Assembly (NCBI GenBank): GCA_963704885.1
Contig: CAVPIB010000007.1
Coordinates: forward strand, 96,001-160,000
Direction: 5' to 3'
From: an uncultured Actinomycetes bacterium
Lineage (GTDB): Bacteria > Actinomycetota > UBA4738 > HRBIN12
DNA length: 64,000 nucleotides
The notes beneath the pieces are model-generated. The model was not told the origin of the DNA and made no database searches. It worked only from the letters and a program-made list of their open reading frames with translations. The translations under genes were made by a program, and so were the position numbers. Shown in pieces: positions 46,825-56,443 of this stretch. Each line of letters starts with the position of its first letter. Positions within the stretch are counted from its first letter, which is position 1.

Positions 46825-49259
46825 GCGCGGATCCGCTCGCCCCTCGGGTCCCAGAGCGGATCGTTCGCGACGACCGATGGGACGAGCTCACCGAACACTT
46901 CGATCTCGCACGCGGTTCCGGCGACCGCCATCTCGATCGGGAGGTACGCGTAGGCGATCGACGCGCCGACCGTGTAGCCGAGGCCGCCGCTCGTGACCCT
47001 CGATACGACGCGACCGCCGTGGGACACGGGTTCGTTGCCCAGGGTCATGGCTCTCCCGTCGGCCAATGTTAGGCACGAGAGCTTGCGCGTGAGGCCACCG
47101 GCCATGGCGCGCTCGAGCGCTTCGTTCCCGATGAATCCCGGCACGTCCATGCGGACCGCGAAACCCAATCCCGCCTCGAACGGGTGCTCCTCTGGCGTGA
47201 TGTCCGCGCTCCATGCGCGATAGCCCTTCTCAAGGCGGAGCGTGTCGATCGCCCGGTAGCCAGCAGGGATCACCCCGTGCGGTTCGCCTGCGGCCATCAG
47301 CGTGTCCCAGAGCGCGCCGGCGAACTCGACCTTGGGATATAGCTCCCATCCCAGCTCGCCGACGTATGTGACGCGCAGCGCCAGACAGGGCACGTTACCC
47401 ACCACGATCTCGCGCGCCGTCATATAGGGGAAGCCGTCGTTCGACACGTCGTCGGTCGTCGCGGACGAGAGGATGTCGCGTGCCCTCGGACCCCACAGGC
47501 CGAAGCAACCCATCGTGCCTGTCACGTCGCGGACCTCCACGCCGTTGAACCCACCTTCGCCGATCTGTTTGCGGATCCACCCCAGATCGTGGTTCCCGAA
47601 CGCCGTGCCGGTGACGAGGAGGTAGCGGTCCTCGTCGAGGCGCGTGGCCGTCAGGTCGCACTCGACACCGCCGCGCGAGTTCAGTAGCTGCGTGTAGACC
47701 ACCGAGCCGGGTTCGCGGTCGACGTCGTTCGCGCAGAGCCGCTGCAGGAACGGGGTCGCCCCGTCACCGCTGATCTCGATCTTCGCGAAGCTCGACTCGT
47801 CGAAGAGGCCCGCGCGCTCCCGTGTGGCGATGTGCTCCGCCGGGATCGCGCTCGACCAGTGCTCGCCGGCCCATCCGCGCGGCCGCGATCCTTCGAGCGA
47901 TGGATCCTCGTTCGAGCTGAACCAGTTGGCGCGTTCCCAGCCCGATTTCTCGCCGAACTCCGCTCCGAGCTCCTGCAGTCGACCGTACGTCGGAGCCGTC
48001 TTGAGCGGTCTTCCCGCCTGCCGCTCCTCGCCCGGGTAGTGGATGTCGTAGTAAGTGGCGTACACCTCGTAGGCGCGCTCACGCGCGTAGTTCCGCGATC
48101 GGTACTGCGGGCCGAACCTCCGGATGTCCATCTTCCATAGGTCGAACTCCGGCTCGCCGTGCACGATCCAATCGGCCATGACCTTGCCGATCCCACCGGC
48201 GCCCGCGATCCCGTGGGCGCAGAAGCCGGCTGCCACGAAGAACCCGCGCACGTCGGACTCGCCCAAGATGAACTCGCCGTCGGGCGTGAACGCCTCGGGT
48301 CCGTTGATCATGGTCACGACCTCGGCCGTTTGCAGGACGGGGACGAGGCCGAACGCGTTCTCGGCCAGCTGCTCGAAGCGTTCCCAGTCTTCGGGCAGCA
48401 GCTGGTGGTTGAAGTCCGCGGGCGGGCCTTCCTGCACCGCCCACGTGGCCGGGTTCCGTTCGTACCCACCCATCACCAGGCCGCCGCCCGCCTCGCCGCG
48501 GAAGTACACGAGCCTGTCGGGGTCTCGCATGGTCGGCAGGTCGACGCTTCCACCCTCTACCGGTTTCGTCAGCAGGTACTGATGCGCGAACGGCACCACG
48601 GGCACCTCGACGCCGGCCAGATGCCCGATCTGGTTGGCGTACATCCCTCCGGCGTTCACCACGATGTCGGCGGTGATCGAGCCGTGTTCCCGAGTGATGA
48701 CGCCGCGAACACGACCGTCCCGGACGTCGATGCCGGTCACCCGCGTGCTGGGCCGGACATCGGCGCCTCGTCGCCGGGCGCCCTCCGCTAACGCGAGCGT
48801 GAGGTTGCTGGGGTCGAGATGGCCGTCGGTCGGGATGAAGGCGGCTCCCTGCACCCCCGCCGGATCGAACAGTGGGAACCGCTGGTGCGCGTCCTCGGTG
48901 GAGATGACCTCGAGGGGCAGTCCGAACGTGTGTGCCCAGCCCTCCTGGCGGCGGAGCTCCTGCATGCGTTCGTCGGTCGAGGCGAGCCGGAGCGACCCCA
49001 CCTCGTGCCATCCCGGATCCACGCCTGTCTCATGCGCCAATCGCCGGTAGAGCTCGGCCGAGTACATCATCATCCGCGTCAGTGAGACGCTCGATCGTAG
49101 CTGTCCGACCAGCCCCGCCGAATGGAAGGTGGATCCCGAGGTGAGCTCGTTCCGGTCCACGAGCAGTATGTCTTGCCAGCCGAGCTCGGCGAGGTGATAG
49201 GCGATGCTCGCGCCGGCGACGCCGCCGCCGACCACGATCGCCCGGAACGACTCGGTCAT
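46821..49259 (-). CDS. GcvT-family FAD/folate amine dehydrogenase, copy B
   Basis: VVGGGVAG, LTSGSTFHSAG, MRDPD, GPEAFTPDG, GWERANWF, RVTYVGELGWELY, LRLEKGY; ATGA overlap with the kinase. Confidence 0.9.
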   Translation of the reverse strand: MTESFRAIVVGGGVAGASIAYHLAELGWQDILLVDRNELTSGSTFHSAGLVGQLRSSVSLTRMMMYSAELYRRLAHETGVDPGWHEVGSLRLASTDERMQELRRQEGWAHTFGLPLEVISTEDAHQRFPLFDPAGVQGAAFIPTDGHLDPSNLTLALAEGARRRGADVRPSTRVTGIDVRDGRVRGVITREHGSITADIVVNAGGMYANQIGHLAGVEVPVVPFAHQYLLTKPVEGGSVDLPTMRDPDRLVYFRGEAGGGLVMGGYERNPATWAVQEGPPADFNHQLLPEDWERFEQLAENAFGLVPVLQTAEVVTMINGPEAFTPDGEFILGESDVRGFFVAAGFCAHGIAGAGGIGKVMADWIVHGEPEFDLWKMDIRRFGPQYRSRNYARERAYEVYATYYDIHYPGEERQAGRPLKTAPTYGRLQELGAEFGEKSGWERANWFSSNEDPSLEGSRPRGWAGEHWSSAIPAEHIATRERAGLFDESSFAKIEISGDGATPFLQRLCANDVDREPGSVVYTQLLNSRGGVECDLTATRLDEDRYLLVTGTAFGNHDLGWIRKQIGEGGFNGVEVRDVTGTMGCFGLWGPRARDILSSATTDDVSNDGFPYMTAREIVVGNVPCLALRVTYVGELGWELYPKVEFAGALWDTLMAAGEPHGVIPAGYRAIDTLRLEKGYRAWSADITPEEHPFEAGLGFAVRMDVPGFIGNEALERAMAGGLTRKLSCLTLADGRAMTLGNEPVSHGGRVVSRVTSGGLGYTVGASIAYAYLPIEMAVAGTACEIEVFGELVPSVVANDPLWDPRGERIRA

Positions 49260-50194
49260 TCGACCGCCTCCTCGGCGGCCGCGCGCAACCACTCGCCGAA
49301 CCGCTCGTCCGATGCGCTCGCCAGACATCGCGCGAAGTGCCGCTCGGCGTAGTCCACGTAGTCGAACTCCAGGGTGGAGATGGCCTGCTGAACCACGCCC
49401 CACATCGCCTCGCGGAAGTCCGACATGATGCGCATCAACTGCAGCCGCGCCCGATGCGCGTCGTTGACTTGGACGAAGTACAGCTTCAACAATAGCTCCT
49501 GGGCGTCCTCACTCAATCCGTTGTTGATCGACAGGTTCCCCAGATCGAAGAAGGGATCGCCCATCCCGCCGTACTCGTAGTCCACGATCCACACGTGATC
49601 GCCATCGAGCAGGAAGTTCGCGTTCAGTAGGTCGTTGTGGCACGGGCGGTCCGCGAGCGGTTGCTTCGTGAGCGCCGCCTCGATGGCATCCGCCTTGGCG
49701 TGAGTCTCATCGAAGGCCGGGGGCGCCGAGATGCCGCGCTCGGCCGCGATCACGCGATAGTCCTCCACGATCCTGAAGACCGGGAACGTGGATGGGAGCG
49801 GGGGTCCCGCGTGTATCGCTCGAACTGACCGAACCACGGCCGCGAGCACGTCCGCTCGTTGCAGGTCCGCCTCTGGTATGTGCGTCCCCCTTACGAACCG
49901 GGTGATCAGAGCTCCGAAGCCGGGGAGGTAGGCGAAGACATCGGGGGCCACGCCCGCCCGGGCCGCCGCGCTCGCGGCCTCGTTCTCGGCGGCACGATCG
50001 ATCCCGAGCAACTCCGTGTCCTTGCCCGATAGTCGGACCACGAACGACTCGCCACCGATGTCGAGCTTGAAGTTGCGGTTCGTGATGCCGATCGTGATCG
50101 GCGTGACTTCCGGTTCCAGACCCTGCCACTCGGGGATGGCCTCCACGACCGAGGCGAGCGCCGGATCGAGCTCCGAATCCTGGCTCGCGTTCAC
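49256..50194 (-). CDS. Choline/ethanolamine-kinase-like phosphotransferase, copy B
   Basis: GITNRNF, CHNDLLNANF, IVDYEYGG, SDFREAMW. Confidence 0.85.
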   Translation of the reverse strand: MNASQDSELDPALASVVEAIPEWQGLEPEVTPITIGITNRNFKLDIGGESFVVRLSGKDTELLGIDRAAENEAASAAARAGVAPDVFAYLPGFGALITRFVRGTHIPEADLQRADVLAAVVRSVRAIHAGPPLPSTFPVFRIVEDYRVIAAERGISAPPAFDETHAKADAIEAALTKQPLADRPCHNDLLNANFLLDGDHVWIVDYEYGGMGDPFFDLGNLSINNGLSEDAQELLLKLYFVQVNDAHRARLQLMRIMSDFREAMWGVVQQAISTLEFDYVDYAERHFARCLASASDERFGEWLRAAAEEAVE

Positions 50195-50287
50195 GCCTGG
50201 AAGCTACGCCCGATGTTCGTTCCTGGTCAAGACTGAACGAACCTGAGCGTTAGCGGTCCGTAATGCCCCGAGGAGTACCTTTGGAGG

Positions 50288-51895
50288 GTGAAGGTGCAGA
50301 AGAAGGAGGTCCCGAGCCCCGGAGCGGCCCAGGGCCGCCCTCATCGGGTCGCGGGCGCCGCTCTGGGAGTGCTGTCGGGCGCCGCCGCCATCGGGGCTTC
50401 GCAGATCGCGGCGGGCATCGTCGGGGGCACCTCTTCGCCGGTGATCGCGGTCGGGAGCACGGCCATCGACGCCACGCCCGAATGGCTGAAGAGCTTCGCG
50501 ATCCGAACGTTCGGGTCGAAGGACAAGGTCGCTCTGCTGATAGGGATCGGCGTGGTGCTGGTGATCGCGGCCGTGCTCTTGGGGATCGCTTCGATCCGAC
50601 GCCCCCGCGTAGGAGCGATCGGCCTGATCGCCTTCGGGGCCATCGGAGTTCTCGCATCGGTGACACGTCCCTCCGCCGGCCTCGCCGACGCTATCCCCGC
50701 GATCGTGGGAACGGCGGCGGGCCTCTTGGCGTTCCGCTACCTCCTTGGCGCAACCGGTCTTCCTGAGCCAACACCCTCACCGGCTTCCGACGCTGAACCC
50801 GGGGATCGTGTACGCGAACCGGCACCCGACCTCGATCGCCGGCGGTTCCTGCGGGCGGGGATCGTGGTCGCCGGTGCAGCCGCCGTGTCCGGGGCGGTCG
50901 GGCAGTACCTGGTGCGGCGCATGAGCGCGACCGCGTCCCGAGCCGCCGTCCGGATGCCGCATCCGTTCAGCAGCGCGGCGCCGGTACCTCCGGGCGCGGA
51001 TCTGAACATCCGGGGCCTCAGCCCTTTCATCACGCCCAACGACCGCTTCTATCGCGTCGATACCGCGCTCATCGTTCCCGCGGTCGACACCGATGGCTGG
51101 CAGTTGCGGATCCACGGGATGGTCGAGCACGAGATGACCGTGAACTACGAGCAGCTCACCGCGCGGCCCACGATCGAGCGCGACGTCACGCTCGCCTGTG
51201 TCTCCAACGAGGTCGGTGGGGAGTACATCGGCAACGCCCGCTGGGTCGGCGTGCCCCTCGGGCCGCTGCTTGAAGAGGCCGGCGTCCTGCCGGGAGCCGA
51301 TCAGTTGGTCTCGCGTTCGTCCGACGGCTGGACCGCCGGAACGCCGACCGCTGTGGTGATGGACGGGCGGGACGCCATGCTCGCCATCTCCATGAACGGC
51401 GAGCCGCTGCCTCTCGAGCACGGCTTCCCCGTCCGGATGGTCGTCCCCGGCCTGTACGGATACGTGTCGGCCACCAAGTGGCTGGTCGAGCTTGAGCTGA
51501 CCACGTTCGATGCGTTCGATCCCTATTGGATCGGACGAGGCTGGGCGAAGCAGGCGCCGATCAAGACCCAGTCACGGATCGATACCCCGCGATCCTCGGC
51601 GAGGATCCAGCCGGGGGAGGTGGTCGTCGCTGGAGTGGCATGGGCGCAGCACCGCGGGATCGAGGGCGTGGAGGTGAGCCTGGACGACGGTCCGTGGATG
51701 CCCGCGGAGCTAGCCGCGGAGGACACCGTCGATACGTGGCGTCAGTGGATGTATCGGTGGAACGCCACCGTCGGCAACCACCGGTTGTCCGTTCGGGCCA
51801 CCGACGGGACGGGCGTCACTCAACCATCGCGCGAAGTGCCGCCGTTCCCGGACGGAGCGACCGGCAACCACACGATCGTGGTCAACGTCGGCTGA
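50288..51895 (+). CDS. Membrane-anchored molybdopterin oxidoreductase (sulfite oxidase family)
   Basis: N-terminal TMs, DRRRFL, FYRVDT, TLACVSN, GNARWVG, HGFPVR.VVPGLYG..ATKW, Mo-co dimer domain. Confidence 0.88.
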   Translation: MKVQKKEVPSPGAAQGRPHRVAGAALGVLSGAAAIGASQIAAGIVGGTSSPVIAVGSTAIDATPEWLKSFAIRTFGSKDKVALLIGIGVVLVIAAVLLGIASIRRPRVGAIGLIAFGAIGVLASVTRPSAGLADAIPAIVGTAAGLLAFRYLLGATGLPEPTPSPASDAEPGDRVREPAPDLDRRRFLRAGIVVAGAAAVSGAVGQYLVRRMSATASRAAVRMPHPFSSAAPVPPGADLNIRGLSPFITPNDRFYRVDTALIVPAVDTDGWQLRIHGMVEHEMTVNYEQLTARPTIERDVTLACVSNEVGGEYIGNARWVGVPLGPLLEEAGVLPGADQLVSRSSDGWTAGTPTAVVMDGRDAMLAISMNGEPLPLEHGFPVRMVVPGLYGYVSATKWLVELELTTFDAFDPYWIGRGWAKQAPIKTQSRIDTPRSSARIQPGEVVVAGVAWAQHRGIEGVEVSLDDGPWMPAELAAEDTVDTWRQWMYRWNATVGNHRLSVRATDGTGVTQPSREVPPFPDGATGNHTIVVNVG

Positions 51896-51929
51896 GCGAT
51901 CGGCGGTCTGACGACCCCTTGAGCTCCAC

Positions 51930-52135
51930 TCAGTGTTCCTCCCACCCATCGCGGTTCCACCAGTGACGATGCTCCCCGTCGACGTAGCGACGTGATCGCC
52001 GTGCGGCACAGCTTCGTGTCCGCGATCGGGGCCGTGCTCGTGGATCTCCTCTTCGGTTAGTTCCTCTTCCCGCTCGGTCTGGAACTCCTCGGAGAAGTCC
52101 TCGGGGTTCGTCCACATCCCTGGTGGGATCGTCAT
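51930..52135 (-). CDS. Small acidic, His-rich putative metal-binding protein; one-base deletion near 51988
   Basis: Repaired: MTIPPGMWTNPEDFSEEFQTEREEELTEEEIHEHGPDRGHEAVPHGDHV[D]YVDGEHRHWWNRDGWEEH*; RBS GGAAGGA. Confidence 0.6.
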
Positions 52136-52266
52136 CGCAGTTCCTTCCGCTCGAACACTGTCGCTCAGCCTTGAACGTCCCCGCCGCGCACCGCCCGCCC
52201 CGGGGATCGACACTTGGAGCCTGCCTGCCAAGCTCCATCTACATGACGCGGTCCTCGGGAACCAAC

Positions 52267-52432
52267 ATGCGTGGCTACGAATGGGTGATCGATCCTCGCC
52301 GTGGCCCTTGGCGGCCTGGGCTTGTTCACTGTGTGGTGGGTGCTGCTCGGCGTCATGGTGTGGAGGGTCGCGGTGCTGGGTCTACGCCTTGGCGAACGGA
52401 TGCGAGAGGCTCGTCGAGGCCATCCTCAGTAA
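52267..52432 (+). CDS. Small membrane protein; frameshifted at a doubled GATC (52287-52294)
   Basis: MRGYEWV/ILAVALGGLGLFTVWWVLLGVMVWRVAVLGLRLGERMREARRGHPQ*. Confidence 0.45.
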
Positions 52433-52522
52433 CCGACAGCATCCGCGGTAACTAGGGAACGCCGGCTCGATCGGGGAGTGCGCGTACGCCGGATGGACTC
52501 GGCGGCTCCCCCGTTCGGTGGG

Positions 52523-52550
52523 TTGACACCCTCCATCTCGCCCGTAGACT
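52523..52550 (+). promoter_or_regulatory. Promoter of the ilv-leu operon
   Basis: TTGACA-N16-TAGACT, 9 nt upstream of the leader ATG. Confidence 0.7.
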
Positions 52551-52559
52551 GACTGGACC

Positions 52560-52610
52560 ATGTCGACAAGCAGGCTGTTCGAGCGCAGCGTCCTCGTACT
52601 TATTAGGTAG
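52560..52610 (+). CDS. ilv operon leader peptide (16 aa)
   Basis: MSTSRLFERSVLVLIR*: a V-L-V-L-I run including the rare codons GTA CTT ATT, directly before a terminator. Confidence 0.85.
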   Translation: MSTSRLFERSVLVLIR

Positions 52611-52648
52611 GCGCGGGTGGGCCCAAGCGGCCCGCGACCGCGCCGATG

Positions 52649-52673
52649 CCCCTCGCCACGCGAGGGGTTTTTT
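52649..52673 (+). terminator. Attenuator Rho-independent terminator
   Basis: cccctcgc-cac-gcgagggg followed by TTTTTT. Confidence 0.88.
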
Positions 52674-52740
52674 CTACCCCAGATCCATGGAGAAGCACCA
52701 GGTGAACGGATCGGGAACGGTCCGAGGAGAGGAGGCCACC

Positions 52741-53064
52741 ATGAGGTACGAGTTCGAGCGAGACGGCACCGTGGTCGCGAGCGTCCTGTGGGAAGGCCCC
52801 GGCCAGGTTTCGGTAGAGGCCGCTGAGCCGTCCGTTCGCGCGGTGGTCGACCGCTACCTTTCGTCCGAGGTGGTCTACCTGGGGTCTGGGTTCGACTTCG
52901 GCGAGGAGCAGGAGGACGACGTGTTACAGATGCGCAGGCGCGACTGGACGCCCTGGGAGTTCGAGCGTGCTTGCCGCAACCTGTCGCATCGATTGTCGGC
53001 CACCGTCAAGCGGGTCGAGACTGGTCCGGTCGAGGCGCGCACCGAAGAGGTAGGCACTCGATGA
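52741..53064 (+). CDS. Hypothetical protein (orfX), first gene of the ilv operon
   Basis: RBS GAGGAGG; 107 aa; ATGA overlap with ilvB. Confidence 0.75.
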   Translation: MRYEFERDGTVVASVLWEGPGQVSVEAAEPSVRAVVDRYLSSEVVYLGSGFDFGEEQEDDVLQMRRRDWTPWEFERACRNLSHRLSATVKRVETGPVEARTEEVGTR

Positions 53065-54809
53065 AGGTCACCGGCGCCCAAGCGCTGTTCAAGTCCCTGG
53101 AAGGGGAGGGCGTCGACATCGTGTTCGGCATCCCTGGCGGCGCCATCCTGCCTGCGTATGACCCTCTCCTCGACTCGAGCGTGCGTCACGTGCTCTGCCG
53201 CCATGAACAGGGCGCCGGCCACGCGGCCGAGGGCTACGCCTGGGCCACGGGCAAGGTCGGCGTGGCCATGGCGACCTCGGGCCCGGGAGGCTGCAACCTG
53301 GTGACCGCGCTCGCCGATGCCAAGATGGATTCGGTGCCGATGGTGGCCATCACCGGGCAGGTCCCCACGCCGGTCGTCGGCAACGACGCTTTCCAGGAGG
53401 CCGATATCACCGGCATCACCATGCCGATCACGAAGCACAACATCCTGGTGACCGACCCCGGCGACGTGGCCGAGTCCATCCGCGAGGCGTTCCACATCGC
53501 GCGCACCGGTCGTCCGGGCCCGGTCCTCGTGGACCTGCCCAAAGACGTCCTGGTGAACGAGACGACCTGGGCTTGGCCCGACTCGGTCAACCTGCCCGGC
53601 TACAAGCCCACCACGAAGGGCAGCCTTAGACAGGTAGCCGCGGCTTCCCGGCTGATCATGAAGGCGAAACGCCCGGTGCTGTACGTGGGCGGCGGCGTGA
53701 TCAAAGCCGAGGCGACCGAGGAGCTGATGAAGCTCGCCACCCTCGCGCAGCTGCCGGTGGTCACGACACTTATGGCCCGCGGTGCGTTCCCCGATTCGCA
53801 CGAGCTCTGCCTGGGGATGCCCGGGATGCACGGCAACTACACGGCCGTGACTGCCATGCAGAAGTCGGACCTGCTGATCGCACTCGGCGCTCGCTTCGAC
53901 GATCGGGTCACCGGCAAGCTGGATGGGTTCGCGCCCGACGCCGCCGTGATCCACGTGGACGTCGACCCCGCCGAGATCGGTAAGAACCGTGCGGTCGACG
54001 TGCCGATCGTGGGTGACTGCAGGGACGTGATCGCCAAGCTCTCGGCGGACCTGACCAAGCGACAGGACGAGGCGGGCGGGGTGCCCGACCGTAGGGCGTG
54101 GTTGGCGCAGCTGGATGAGTGGAAGACCGCGTTCCCGTACCGCTACGACCAGCAGCCGGACGGGCCGTTGAAGCCGCAGTTCTGCATCGAGCGTCTGTAC
54201 GAGGCGGCTGGGAGCGACGCGATCGTCGTTTCCGGCGTCGGTCAACACCAGATGTGGGCATCGCAGTTCTGGCGCTTCGAGCAACCTCGACACTGGATCA
54301 ACTCTGGCGGCCTGGGCACCATGGGGTTCGCGGTGCCTGCCGCCCTAGGCGCGGCGGCCGGCCGGCCGGACAAGCGCGTTATCGCGATCGATGGAGACGG
54401 CTGCTTCCAGATGACGGCTCAAGAGCTCGCGACGTCCACGACCGAGAGCATCCCGTTCGTGACGGCGATCATCAACAACGCGTACCTGGGGATGGTGCGG
54501 CAGTGGCAGGAGCTCTTCTACAAGGAGCGCTACAGCCAGGTCTATCTCTCCTACGACACACCCGACTACGTGAAGCTCGCCGAGGCCTACGGCTGTGTTG
54601 GCCTTCGGGCCGAGCATCCCGACGAGGTCGATACGGTGATCGAGAAGGCGCTGTCGATCACTGACCGCAGCGTGGTGATCGATTTCCGGGTGGATTCGGG
54701 CGAGATGTGTTTCCCTATGGTTCCGGCGGGTGCGTCGAACGACGACATCATCGTTGGTCCCGAGGGTTTGAAGCCGGCTCAAGACCCGGCGGAGGCACCG
54801 ATCGCATGA
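53061..54809 (+). CDS. ilvB: Acetolactate synthase large subunit
   Basis: [61 protein letters not shown]. Confidence 0.96.
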   Translation: MKVTGAQALFKSLEGEGVDIVFGIPGGAILPAYDPLLDSSVRHVLCRHEQGAGHAAEGYAWATGKVGVAMATSGPGGCNLVTALADAKMDSVPMVAITGQVPTPVVGNDAFQEADITGITMPITKHNILVTDPGDVAESIREAFHIARTGRPGPVLVDLPKDVLVNETTWAWPDSVNLPGYKPTTKGSLRQVAAASRLIMKAKRPVLYVGGGVIKAEATEELMKLATLAQLPVVTTLMARGAFPDSHELCLGMPGMHGNYTAVTAMQKSDLLIALGARFDDRVTGKLDGFAPDAAVIHVDVDPAEIGKNRAVDVPIVGDCRDVIAKLSADLTKRQDEAGGVPDRRAWLAQLDEWKTAFPYRYDQQPDGPLKPQFCIERLYEAAGSDAIVVSGVGQHQMWASQFWRFEQPRHWINSGGLGTMGFAVPAALGAAAGRPDKRVIAIDGDGCFQMTAQELATSTTESIPFVTAIINNAYLGMVRQWQELFYKERYSQVYLSYDTPDYVKLAEAYGCVGLRAEHPDEVDTVIEKALSITDRSVVIDFRVDSGEMCFPMVPAGASNDDIIVGPEGLKPAQDPAEAPIA

Positions 54810-55366
54810 GTCTCCACACGCTCTCGGTGCTGGTGGAGGACAAGCCGGGCGTCCTGACGCGTGTGGCGGGGCTGTTCGCCGCTCGCGGCTTCAACATCGA
54901 CTCCCTGGCGGTCGGTCCCACGGAACGGCTCGGCCTCTCGCGCATGACGATCGTGGTGAACGTCGAGAACAAGACGCTCGAGCAGATCACCAAGCAGCTG
55001 AACAAGCTGATCCACGTGATCAAGATCCTGGAGCACGAACCGTCCGAGACGGTCGAGCGTGAGCTGATGCTGGTGAAGGTCCGCGCCGAGGGAGAAGCGC
55101 GCGCTCGCGTGCTGGAGTTCTGTCAGGTGTTCCGGGTGCGGGTCTCCGACGCCACGCATCAGACGCTCACGATCGAGGCGACCGGATCGCCCGAAAAGTT
55201 GACGGCGCTGCTCGAACTACTCGGGGACTTCGGGATCGTGGAGTTGGCTCGGACGGGTCGGATCGCCCTCACGCGCGGGGATCGCGGGATCCGAGAGCGC
55301 ACGCTGAAGTCCACGCGCGCGGCCGGCGCCGAGGATCAGCCGGACTGGACCGGCGGCGGGGTGTGA
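54806..55366 (+). CDS. ilvN: Acetolactate synthase small subunit
   Basis: [37 protein letters not shown]. Confidence 0.95.
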   Translation: MSLHTLSVLVEDKPGVLTRVAGLFAARGFNIDSLAVGPTERLGLSRMTIVVNVENKTLEQITKQLNKLIHVIKILEHEPSETVERELMLVKVRAEGEARARVLEFCQVFRVRVSDATHQTLTIEATGSPEKLTALLELLGDFGIVELARTGRIALTRGDRGIRERTLKSTRAAGAEDQPDWTGGGV

Positions 55367-55371
55367 TTCAT

Positions 55372-55390
55372 CTAGTCTGAGACAGACTAG
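55372..55390. repeat. Copy 2 of the palindrome CTAGTCTG-AGW-CAGACTAG, in the ilvN-ilvC spacer
   Basis: ctagtctg-aga-cagactag; 18/19 identical to 23323-23341. Confidence 0.8.
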
Positions 55391-55426
55391 TTCCGGACGG
55401 AGCGGATACGGAAGGACGAATAGACG

Positions 55427-56435
<1,009 letters not shown>

Positions 56436-56443
<8 letters not shown>

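Noticed and set aside
52455-52516. Possible structured RNA (GGGGAG/CTCCCC and GAACG/CGTTC pairings) upstream of the ilv promoter
   Set aside because: Short GC-rich stems that could arise by chance; it lies upstream of the promoter and matches no motif I recognise
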